Assembly: GCA_964521915.1 (NCBI GenBank)
Contig: CAZFTP010000002.1
Location: 159,675-223,674, forward strand
DNA: 64,000 nt
Direction of reading: 5' to 3'
Source: an uncultured Candidatus Marinamargulisbacteria bacterium
GTDB lineage: Bacteria; Margulisbacteria; Marinamargulisbacteria; CAZFTP01
The stretch's first letter is position 1; each line of letters opens with the position of its first letter. The position numbers and the translations under genes were made by a program. Below, piece by piece: positions 1 to 8,719 of the stretch. A model generated the notes under the pieces. It saw only the letters and a program-made list of their open reading frames with translations, was not told where the DNA came from and searched no databases.

Positions 1-2
1 GT

Positions 3-482
3 CTTGATAAAAGGCAAGAAGAATTAAAACAGTATATGGATCAATATCTTAACCATGAATATTGGTACAGTTATTTAATACCGGTATTGCATAAAGCTCA
101 AGAATTATACGGATATTTGTCTGTTGAAGTAATGAAATTTATTTCTCAATATATGCAAATTCCTAGTGCCAGAATTTATGGTGTAGCAACTTTTTTTCAT
201 TTATTTAGGCTAAAACCGCAAGGTAAATATAAATTTTATGTTTGTATGGGAACAGCTTGTTATGTCAAAGGCGCAAATGAAGTATTACGTGAATTAGAAA
301 AACAATTAGGAATTAAAGCACATGAAACAACTAAAGACGGTTTATTTTCCATTGAACAAATGCGGTGTTTTGGAGCTTGTGGTTTAGCCCCAGTTTTAGT
401 AGTTAATGATAAGGTTTATGGAAAGGTTAAGCCAGAAGATATAAAGGGTATTATCAGAGATTATAGCACTGCTAAAGTTTAA
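3..482 (+). CDS. NuoE/HydC-like thioredoxin-fold [2Fe-2S] ferredoxin subunit; the frame is open to the window edge, so the 5' end may lie outside (first in-window ATG at 36)
   Basis: Cys ligand pairs CMGTACYVKGA and CFGACGLAPV, plus IPVLHKAQELYGYLS and ARIYGVATFF, typical of NuoE / NADH-dependent hydrogenase small subunits. Confidence 0.8.
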   Translation, partial: LDKRQEELKQYMDQYLNHEYWYSYLIPVLHKAQELYGYLSVEVMKFISQYMQIPSARIYGVATFFHLFRLKPQGKYKFYVCMGTACYVKGANEVLRELEKQLGIKAHETTKDGLFSIEQMRCFGACGLAPVLVVNDKVYGKVKPEDIKGIIRDYSTAKV

Positions 483-840
483 AGGAACAATCCCTCTCTG
501 AGTAAAGAAGCAAAATTTCGCAAAAAAAATTGAAATTTCTACTTTTTATTAACGATAAGATATAGATTCCTATTTTTTTATATTTTTTAAGGGTATTTTA
601 TTACCCTTGAGCTTGATATAGAATTATTCGTTTATAATCGAAATTCTACCAATAATGGCTCACTAATGATAATTCAAAAAAAATAAGAGTTTGTTGCGAA
701 ATAAAAAATTTTTTCAAAATAGAATACATAAATTAATTTTTAACTCGGAATTTATGATTATAAATGAGAGCCAAAAATTAATTTTAATGCACTAGTTTGG
801 AAAATAATTATTTTCTAGCAGACTCACTAAGGAGTAATCA

Positions 841-2685
841 ATGAAAATTAACCCAAGTAACGGTAGTATTGTTATTAATATTTCGGTTTCCCCATATAGA
901 AATCAAATAACAGCACAAGAAGTAGATAAAAGTAAAGTTTGTGTAGATTGTGCGGAACAAGAACCCTCTGTAATTATTAAAGACAAAACCAAACCAATTA
1001 TTAAACAACTTGATAGCGTTACTTCGGCAAAGGTCAAAACTGATAATTCAAATATATCTTCATTAGTAAATAGATATCAACCTTTACAATTTGTTTTTGA
1101 TCCTAAATTAAAAGAATTAGTATTAGAGAAAAAAGAAGATTATTCTTTAAGTAGTAAGGCGCATCAATTACAGAAAAGTTTATTAACCGGTTCTGTTGAA
1201 GAGGTTGAAGAAGCAATTAAAGAAATTAATGCTTTAGCCAGAAGAGCTGGGTTAGAAAGTGCTAGTATTCAAGCGCATTATGAAGATAAAAGTAAAGGTA
1301 AATTTAAACATGTTACAGTTCCAGCAATTAATGGAAGAGTTTTTACAAATTTAATGGTTTATTCTGCGTTACAAGCTGGAAAACAAATAGGAGTACCTAA
1401 AGATCAACCTATAATTTTTGAATTAGCAAAATCAGAATCTTCTTATACAGGACAAAAACCGGCTATTTTTGCGGCTTTAGTTAAATTAGGTTATTTAATG
1501 GCTGGTGCGAGAAATCAAAAAATGTATATACAAGGGGATCATTTTCAAGTAAATAAAGCTAATTTCTGGTCGGAATTAACTAAAGCCGGGTTTGCGGGTG
1601 CAAAAGCAAAATTAACTAAAGAAGAAATTGAACAATTATCTGCTGAAACAAAAACCATGACTTTGGAAGCTAAAAAAGCTTTGTTTGAAAAAGTAACTAA
1701 GTTTTTGAATGAAAGTAAAGCGGTAAAAGAAATAGTAGATTTATGCCGCGATGCAATTAAAGCCGGATACCGTAATATTGATATCGATTCATCAGTTCTC
1801 GAACGTGAAAACGGAACTCCATTTTTAAAACAACAATGGAATGGATTAGTCTGTGCTTATTTAATTAGTCAAATCCGTCAAATGGAAAAAGAATTTGGAA
1901 TTAAAAAATCGCTTTCACTAGGTGGGGAGGTTGGTGAAGTTGGTAAAGATAGCACAACCAAGGCAGATTTCGAAGCCTATTTTGCTATTATGAAAGAATA
2001 CTTAGCCTTTTTAGGTAAAGACATTTTAGGACCAAGTAAGTTTGCGGTTACTACCGGAACCGCTCATGGCGGGGTAAGAGATGCTAGTGGAAAAATTTTG
2101 AGAAAAGTACCAATTAGGTTTGATATTCTTAGCGATTTTTCTGCTATTAAAAATCCTTGGATTAAAGATTCTGTTAGACAAGTAACCGTTCAACATGGTG
2201 CATCTACTTTAGATCCGGAGTTATATAAAGGTTTTGCGGCAATTGGAGTAGGAGAAGTTCATTTAGCAACTGAATATCAAATAATTACTATGAATGTAAT
2301 TAAGGAAATGGCGCCGGATATTTATAAAAAATTACAAGATATTCTTTTGAAAGATGAAAGTATTTCTGCTATAAAGTCACAAAAAACTAAATATGCTAAT
2401 TATAAAACAGATACAGAAGTTCAAAAAAAATTCTTCGCAGATAAAGATACTTTTAAAGCTATAGCCGGACCAAAAGAAAGCATAAAATTATTAATGAATT
2501 TAAAACCAGAAGTTTACCATGAAATTTCGAAACGATTATCAACTTTATTTGCAAAACAATTTGAAAATCTAAGGCTAAACAAAGGTAGTTTATCTTTAAC
2601 CGCGGAAGAGGAAAAAATTGCCCAGGATGTTATTTCAGCAAACAAAGCGGCTGTTAAAGTTAAAACCGTAGCAAGTGAAGACTAA
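841..2685 (+). CDS. Class II (metal-dependent) ketose-bisphosphate aldolase-like protein with ~160 aa N-terminal extension and internal insertions
   Basis: Ordered class-II aldolase motifs: VPAINGRVF, IQGDHFQ, GYRNIDIDSS, LGGEVGEVGKD, TGTAHGG, VQHGAST, GEVHLATE. AAGGAG Shine-Dalgarno 7 nt upstream. Confidence 0.6.
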   Translation: MKINPSNGSIVINISVSPYRNQITAQEVDKSKVCVDCAEQEPSVIIKDKTKPIIKQLDSVTSAKVKTDNSNISSLVNRYQPLQFVFDPKLKELVLEKKEDYSLSSKAHQLQKSLLTGSVEEVEEAIKEINALARRAGLESASIQAHYEDKSKGKFKHVTVPAINGRVFTNLMVYSALQAGKQIGVPKDQPIIFELAKSESSYTGQKPAIFAALVKLGYLMAGARNQKMYIQGDHFQVNKANFWSELTKAGFAGAKAKLTKEEIEQLSAETKTMTLEAKKALFEKVTKFLNESKAVKEIVDLCRDAIKAGYRNIDIDSSVLERENGTPFLKQQWNGLVCAYLISQIRQMEKEFGIKKSLSLGGEVGEVGKDSTTKADFEAYFAIMKEYLAFLGKDILGPSKFAVTTGTAHGGVRDASGKILRKVPIRFDILSDFSAIKNPWIKDSVRQVTVQHGASTLDPELYKGFAAIGVGEVHLATEYQIITMNVIKEMAPDIYKKLQDILLKDESISAIKSQKTKYANYKTDTEVQKKFFADKDTFKAIAGPKESIKLLMNLKPEVYHEISKRLSTLFAKQFENLRLNKGSLSLTAEEEKIAQDVISANKAAVKVKTVASED

Positions 2686-2702
2686 ATTTTCGGAGGATAT
2701 AA

Positions 2703-4634
2703 ATGACCACGATCAATCAATTAGATCCTAAAATTTGGGATAAGGGGCTTAATGAATTAAAAGCAATAAAAAGGAGAAGTAGTGTAGAAGTTAAACAAAT
2801 AAAACCTAATGAAGAAAATATTACTGGTAAAGAATTAGAACAAAATTTATTAGGTTATTTAACACATATTGTTGTAGCAGGTGCTTTATATGCGGCACCT
2901 TTTAGAAGAGCTGGTTATTTATTTAAAAAACCAGTTGATGGTAGAGGTACTGAAGGACAAAAAGGTGCTATTAAAGCGATGATTAAAGATTTAGATGCAG
3001 TACAAATTGCAACTTTAACCGGAGAAGGGCCTAAAGATGCTCAATCTGTTTATATCCCAACCGGTACAGTATTTAGTAATGTTGCGGATGATACAATTGT
3101 AAAAACAAAAATTCATTGGAATACAGATCCGGTTGACGGAACAAATAATACTATTGGCAAGAATAAGGATAATTCATTTGTTGGTGGAGCTACCTCTATT
3201 GCTTTATTTGCAAAACCAATTAATCCGCATAAGCCTGCTTTTGTTGCTTTTCCGGATGAAGTATCAATTTGGTCATATTCAACGCCATCTTGGGTACCTA
3301 AAGTTGGTTTAGTAATGCAAGGTAACAGCATTGCAGAAGTTGTTGAGAAAAATGTGAAATTAATTGCAGAAGGTTGTTTGAAACAAAAATTAGGTCGTTT
3401 ACCTAAACCGGAAGAATTAGCTAGTTATATTAAAAATGAGTTTAAAGCGGCTTTAATGAATAGACCTTTTCAAAATTTAGAAGTTTTAAAAGGTTTAAAA
3501 AATGCTGGGGTAAATATTGATTTCCAGGTTAAACCAGATGGAAAAAGTATTGATTTTTCTTCTTGGCAAAGTGATGGAGATACTCTTTCAACAAAACATT
3601 TTAAGAAAGGAAATGTGTTAATTATTGGTGACGGAAATATTATGGTGCCGTATATGAAAGATGTTCATTTGAATATTGGTAATGGTGGCGGACCGGAAAC
3701 TTTACAAATATTACCAGGTACCAGAGAAATGGTAACATTGTTTTTATCTAAAGATCGTAGAGAAAAAATGCCAATTAATACTTTATTTGGGGAAATGTTT
3801 AGAGCTATTAATTCTGCAGATAAAAATGTAAAGGAAGAAGTTCTGAAAAAAATATTTAGTGAAAAAGAAATAAAAGCATTACAAAAACATGGTTTTAACG
3901 CTGAAAAAGTTTTTACTGTTTATAATAAGGACATATTATTTAGTAACACTAAAGATTACATTACTTCTTTTTCTGCTATAACTGATTTAGAGAAAACCAG
4001 AGCATTATTTGATGTACCAGGTATGGCTGGGGTAAAAATTAACCCAAAAGATGATACGGTTGAAACTTCGGCTATGGCGGTTACTGGTTCAGGAGGACAA
4101 TTTTTATTAAAAGAAAAATTTGTTTTAAAAAGCGCATCTATTAAAGTAAATTTAATGGATAATTTAACTAAACTTGAAGAAATGAATAAAAGTATTTTAA
4201 TAGATAAAGAAAAAAAAGAAATGAAGGAATTATTAAAAGTAATTATGGCCGATTATATCTCTCTGGCAAAGGAATATATTTTCTTTGGTTGTTTTGATAT
4301 TGCTAAAGCTGTTTTAGATGATTTTATTAAAACTATTGAAAATTATAAACAACAAATCGTATTAACAGAATTAAAAGAGTTTTATTATGCTTTAAAGGTA
4401 AAAAGTCAAAATCTTAAACACTATATTGATCAGATTGAAACATTACAAAAAGTTACGCCAAGTGAATTAAAAAAGAAAGAAAACCTTGAGAGATTAAAAG
4501 AATTAAAAAAATTAAATGATGAATTATTAAATTCAGATTTAACCCCTGGTATTGATGGTTGGCTAAAAAGAGATTTGCTTTTTGCTAATGATGAATTAAC
4601 CGCTTACATTAAGGCTCTAGAAAAAGCGAAATAA
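2703..4634 (+). CDS. GlpX-like class II fructose-1,6-bisphosphatase homologue with ~190 aa coiled-coil-like C-terminal extension
   Basis: WNTDPVDGTNN (DPxDGT metal site), IIGDGNI, GNGGGPETLQ. C-terminus rich in K/E/L heptad-like sequence. GGAGG Shine-Dalgarno sequence. Confidence 0.6.
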   Translation: MTTINQLDPKIWDKGLNELKAIKRRSSVEVKQIKPNEENITGKELEQNLLGYLTHIVVAGALYAAPFRRAGYLFKKPVDGRGTEGQKGAIKAMIKDLDAVQIATLTGEGPKDAQSVYIPTGTVFSNVADDTIVKTKIHWNTDPVDGTNNTIGKNKDNSFVGGATSIALFAKPINPHKPAFVAFPDEVSIWSYSTPSWVPKVGLVMQGNSIAEVVEKNVKLIAEGCLKQKLGRLPKPEELASYIKNEFKAALMNRPFQNLEVLKGLKNAGVNIDFQVKPDGKSIDFSSWQSDGDTLSTKHFKKGNVLIIGDGNIMVPYMKDVHLNIGNGGGPETLQILPGTREMVTLFLSKDRREKMPINTLFGEMFRAINSADKNVKEEVLKKIFSEKEIKALQKHGFNAEKVFTVYNKDILFSNTKDYITSFSAITDLEKTRALFDVPGMAGVKINPKDDTVETSAMAVTGSGGQFLLKEKFVLKSASIKVNLMDNLTKLEEMNKSILIDKEKKEMKELLKVIMADYISLAKEYIFFGCFDIAKAVLDDFIKTIENYKQQIVLTELKEFYYALKVKSQNLKHYIDQIETLQKVTPSELKKKENLERLKELKKLNDELLNSDLTPGIDGWLKRDLLFANDELTAYIKALEKAK

Positions 4635-4640
4635 TTTAAG

Positions 4641-4832
4641 AGGCACAAAGGCACAAAGTTTAGCTCAGGGGAAAGAAGCCCTCGGAGTTTTTAAGGGACG
4701 GAGAATCGTCTGAACCATGATTAAAATGATTAAATGAAGACTAAGATTAATATAAAAATCATAGTTCATCAAATAATTATTTAATCACAGTTCAAGACGT
4801 ATTCTCATGTGGGCTCTGCCCACCTGGGTATA
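4641..4832. repeat. Mosaic GC-rich repeat cluster plus an AT-rich inverted repeat between the GlpX-like gene and glnE
   Basis: aggcacaaaggcacaaagtttagctcaggggaaagaagccctcggagtttttaagggacggag is homologous to 35590-35655. Inverted repeat 4701-4738 / 4766-4806. Truncated TATAC-type hairpin at 4808-4832. Confidence 0.85.
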
Positions 4833-4842
4833 CATAAAAAAT

Positions 4843-7800
4843 TTAAAAAGCAAAACCCTTCAAATAAATTTCATGGATTTTTTTCATCTTATTTTTAAGA
4901 TCATCTAAACTAAAAGGTTTTTTTAGAATAAAAGTAATTTGTTTAATTAATAAATCGATTTCAGAATTATTTTCATTTAAACCATAAATTTGTTGATCTT
5001 CATACACTTGTAGAAAATTTTCTATTTTGCGTAAATACTGATATGCCTGAATTAATTCATGTAAGTTATTATCCGAAATAATGGATAAATAGTTTAAAGT
5101 AGACAGAGTAGAAAGTGTATCAGGAATAGTTTTTTTCTTAAATTTTGATAAGTTTATTAATTCTAAGCCTTGAGCTAAAAATTCTATATCCCTTATACCG
5201 CCTTTATCATTTTTAATATTAATTGTATTTGGAATAGCTAACTCTTGCACAGCTTTTTGCCGCATTTTAATAATAGATTCTTTAATTCTTTTTTCTTCAC
5301 AATTGTTTTTAATTATTTCAAATGCTAATTTTTTAAAATCTTGAGAAATTTTCAGATTACCAACAATATATCTTAGTTTAATTAATGCTTGAATTTCCCA
5401 TAAATCAGCAGATTTTTCATAATATTTTTTTAAATATTGTAAGTTAATTGCTAGTTCCCCACCACTACCAAAAGGACGTAATCTAAAATCAACCCGGTAG
5501 ACAAAACCTTCTTGAGTATGTATAGATAAATTTTTAATGAAATTTTTAAGTACCAGATTAATTTTTTCTTTCTCTTTTTCTGTACATTCTTTTTTTATAA
5601 TTGCAATTAAATCAATATCTGAACTATAATTTAATTCTTTAGCTCCTAATTTACCTAACGCAAAAATACTAATTAAATAATCGTCATTATTAAAAATTTT
5701 TTGATAAGTTTTTTTAAAGGAAACTTCAATTAGAAAATCAGCTAAATCTGAAATATCAGTAATAATTTCTCTGAAAGTAAAATTTAAGCATAAATCTTTA
5801 ATAGCTATTCGTAATGTTTCGCGATTTTTAATTCTTCTTAATACATCTAACCATTTTTCTTCTTCCGGATATTTTTTAGTAAACCGATTTAATTCTTGTT
5901 CTAATTTTGATTTATTAATTGGTTTTAATAATACTTTTGGGTTTGAAACCCAGTTAAAGTAAATTGGGTTATTAATGAGAATATTTGATAAATATGGGCT
6001 TAAAGAAAAAAGGGTCAGTAAAATTTCAACTCGTTTGGGTTGTTCTAAAAGTAATTTATAATGAGTTATTGGTCTATTTAATTTACTGACAAAGCGTTCC
6101 CAATTATTTAAGGCAGAATCAGGGTCAGGCAAATTAGGGAAAATAGTACTGGTAATAATAGCTATACGTGCAAAAATACTTTTGTTTTTTTTTGATTTTG
6201 TGAGTTTTTTGAAATTTTTATAAGCTTTTTGCTGGTCTTGAAATCCTAGTTCTTTAAGAATATCCATTCGTAAATTTTCTGGTAATTTGTCAGAAATAAT
6301 AATATCAGCAATGGTGCCAGCATTGGGGTTTGCAAGAGCATCTCTGGTAAAATAATGTTCAATGAAATTACGAACAATAGCACTTTGAGTTTCATATTCA
6401 AGATGGAGTTTTTTAGCAGGATCAAGCTCAACTTTTTTTGTATAGCCCATTCTTCTTGCAAGGTGGTTAAATTCTAAAGAATTTATATCCGGTAAAAATA
6501 AATCTTTGGCATTACCTCTTAATAATCTTAAACCATTAATTAAAATTCGGAAAAAATCATAGGCTTTTTTTAAATTTTCTGCAGTTTCTTGATCTAATAT
6601 TTCAATATATTTTAATTCATCTAAAGCTTGATGAATACTAGGGGTACGTAAATTGGGATAATCTTTTCCATAAATTATTTGCAGTAATTGTACCGCATAT
6701 TCAATATCAACCAAACCGCCTGGGCTAAATTTAGCATTAGCTTTTCCGTCAATAATTTTTTCTTCAAATTGTTTTTTTCGTAATTCCCATAAGTCATTCG
6801 GATTAATTTTTTGTAGATTATAAATTAATTGATCTCTTAAATTTTCTATTTTATTTCCAAATATTTTTGCGCCGGCAATAAATCTTAAACGCGTTAAAGC
6901 TAGTTTTTCGAAAAAATAAGCATCTCCGTCTAAAGCATAATATTTGCAAAAAGTGTTTAAACTAGTAGCAAGTGTGCCATCTTCACCATAAGGACGCAAT
7001 CTAAAATCAAGTTTGAAAATGCCATCTCTTTTAGTATTAAGAAAATTATTAAGTTCTTTCACTAGTTGCTCAAAAAATTCTTCGTTGGAGATTTTACTTT
7101 TTTCCGTAAAACCGCTATCGCTATAAATAAAAAGCAATTCAATATCAGAAGCATAACCTAAAGCAGAACCACCCATTTTTCCTAAACCCAAAAGGGCATA
7201 TTCAGCCGAAAAACCAAAAGTTGTTTTTGGTTTACCGTGAATAAGAATTAATTTTTCGTATATTATTTTTAAACTATCTTTTAGCATTGTTTCTGCTAAA
7301 CGAGTAAGATCATGGGAAAGACTACGGAAATTTTCACTTAAAATAATGTTTTTTAGATCAATCCTAAAAAGCATTTGATCTTTAAATTCATTAATAATTT
7401 GTTTTTGTTCAGAAAAAGAAATAGCTTTTTTAAGACTATTTTTGTATTTTTTGATTATTTCTAGATTTTCGTTTGCATTATTTTTAATGAAGGGTTTTAA
7501 AATAGGAATCAGATTTTCATATTGTAAGCGGATAAAATCTTCCCATAAATAATCACTTGTACCTAAAATTTTAGCTAAGTCGTGAATTTTTTGAGCATTA
7601 GAAAGAATCCCAAACCATTCTTTTGGTTGGTTAGAATTACTTATTTCTTGGATTAAGCTTTCAAAACGTTGTAACGCGGAAAAAGGGTCTGGTGCATAAT
7701 GAATAAAATAAGTAAATTGTTTGGTTAACATAATAGCAAGCTTTATTTGTTCAAGTTTTTTTTCATCAGTTATTGGTAAATTATTTTCATCAATAATATC

Positions 7801-8622
7801 TAATTCATCTTTGATTTCATTATTAATAGTTTTTATGGATACATGTTCAATCATTATTTTATTGTAACTTAAGGCATAACCGAGCGAATATAAAAAAGCA
7901 GGAGTATCTTGCGCATAGATTTTTAAACTTGTGTAGTTTGGTAAAATTTTTGTTTTTATTTGAACAGGGTAAAGAACAGGTGCAATATTAACCGCTAAAG
8001 TTGCTAGACGTTTTGATACTAAATTATTAATCATTTGTTTGGCTTTTGTTTCTTTCTGCTCATGAATAAGCAGAAAAATATCTTTAGCTAAATCATTTAT
8101 TTTTTTTTGCCAATATTCAAAATTAATACTTTCATCTATTACACCAATAAATTTATCTATTATAAAACGTTTATTATATTCTTCATGATTATTTCGAGTA
8201 TTTAATTCTATGTAATTAAAACTATTAAGACACTTTCTCTTATAAGACGGGATTGTTTTTTTCTCTTCAATTTTTTTATAAGTAAAAATATCACCAGAAA
8301 TAATTTCAAAAGACATACCGCTTAATAAACCGGTAATAGCAGAAAAAAGACCAGGTGCATCATAGGTTATAAAGGTACATTCTATTTTTTGTTTTTTTAT
8401 TTGATTATGGTTCTGTAATGAAATTTTTCTTGCAAGTATGACGATAGGTTGATCATCTTTTAAAATAGATAAGGAATTTAGATGGTTAATGATTTCTGGT
8501 TCTGTAAAACATTGAAAATAACGGTTATCAAGTCGGGAGAAATGGGCATCAAGAAAATCGAGAGATAAATTAGGGTTAGATTTAATAATATTATTTTTTA
8601 TTTGATTTTTTTTTAAAAGCAT
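4843..8622 (-). CDS. glnE: Bifunctional glutamine synthetase adenylyltransferase/adenylyl-removing enzyme with N-terminal ACT-like extension
   Basis: Two nucleotidyltransferase modules: GKMGGSALGYASDIELLFIY..DFRLRPYGEDG and GKLGAKELNYSSDIDLIAI..DFRLRPFGSGG. Confidence 0.9.
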   Translation of the reverse strand: MLLKKNQIKNNIIKSNPNLSLDFLDAHFSRLDNRYFQCFTEPEIINHLNSLSILKDDQPIVILARKISLQNHNQIKKQKIECTFITYDAPGLFSAITGLLSGMSFEIISGDIFTYKKIEEKKTIPSYKRKCLNSFNYIELNTRNNHEEYNKRFIIDKFIGVIDESINFEYWQKKINDLAKDIFLLIHEQKETKAKQMINNLVSKRLATLAVNIAPVLYPVQIKTKILPNYTSLKIYAQDTPAFLYSLGYALSYNKIMIEHVSIKTINNEIKDELDIIDENNLPITDEKKLEQIKLAIMLTKQFTYFIHYAPDPFSALQRFESLIQEISNSNQPKEWFGILSNAQKIHDLAKILGTSDYLWEDFIRLQYENLIPILKPFIKNNANENLEIIKKYKNSLKKAISFSEQKQIINEFKDQMLFRIDLKNIILSENFRSLSHDLTRLAETMLKDSLKIIYEKLILIHGKPKTTFGFSAEYALLGLGKMGGSALGYASDIELLFIYSDSGFTEKSKISNEEFFEQLVKELNNFLNTKRDGIFKLDFRLRPYGEDGTLATSLNTFCKYYALDGDAYFFEKLALTRLRFIAGAKIFGNKIENLRDQLIYNLQKINPNDLWELRKKQFEEKIIDGKANAKFSPGGLVDIEYAVQLLQIIYGKDYPNLRTPSIHQALDELKYIEILDQETAENLKKAYDFFRILINGLRLLRGNAKDLFLPDINSLEFNHLARRMGYTKKVELDPAKKLHLEYETQSAIVRNFIEHYFTRDALANPNAGTIADIIISDKLPENLRMDILKELGFQDQQKAYKNFKKLTKSKKNKSIFARIAIITSTIFPNLPDPDSALNNWERFVSKLNRPITHYKLLLEQPKRVEILLTLFSLSPYLSNILINNPIYFNWVSNPKVLLKPINKSKLEQELNRFTKKYPEEEKWLDVLRRIKNRETLRIAIKDLCLNFTFREIITDISDLADFLIEVSFKKTYQKIFNNDDYLISIFALGKLGAKELNYSSDIDLIAIIKKECTEKEKEKINLVLKNFIKNLSIHTQEGFVYRVDFRLRPFGSGGELAINLQYLKKYYEKSADLWEIQALIKLRYIVGNLKISQDFKKLAFEIIKNNCEEKRIKESIIKMRQKAVQELAIPNTINIKNDKGGIRDIEFLAQGLELINLSKFKKKTIPDTLSTLSTLNYLSIISDNNLHELIQAYQYLRKIENFLQVYEDQQIYGLNENNSEIDLLIKQITFILKKPFSLDDLKNKMKKIHEIYLKGFAF

Positions 8623-8701
8623 CTATAAAAATTTTATAGGTTCAAGAAGTTAGGGTCAAGTTTTGTTTCAAAAATTATCCACTTAAATTTTACTGAAAAA
8701 A

Positions 8702-8710
8702 TGTTAAAAT
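8702..8710 (+). promoter_or_regulatory. Extended -10-like element TGTTAAAAT, 9 nt upstream of the tyrA ATG
   Basis: Sequence match only. No Shine-Dalgarno sequence between it and the start codon. Confidence 0.3.
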
Positions 8711-8719
8711 GATTTTACT

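Noticed and set aside
589-608. Hairpin aagggta-ttttat-taccctt as a terminator for the NuoE-like gene
   Set aside because: It is not followed by a T-run on the plus strand (the T-run precedes it), and the stem is only 7 bp. The support is too weak to annotate.
3113-3331. Short ORFs nested antisense or out of frame inside long conserved genes: 3113-3331, 6246-6461, 13226-13423, 27859-28062, 28087-28269, 28385-28567, 28411-28632, 31112-31300, 31312-31707, 34661-34843, 37247-37498, 43023-43214, 43660-43866, 44143-44382, 45010-45201, 47518-47901, 50204-50485, 52642-52836, 58978-59244, 59060-59281, 62132-62338
   Set aside because: Each lies wholly within a longer ORF that has clear family motifs. 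Their compositions are typical of antisense translation of AT-rich genes, and they have no start context or recognisable domains.
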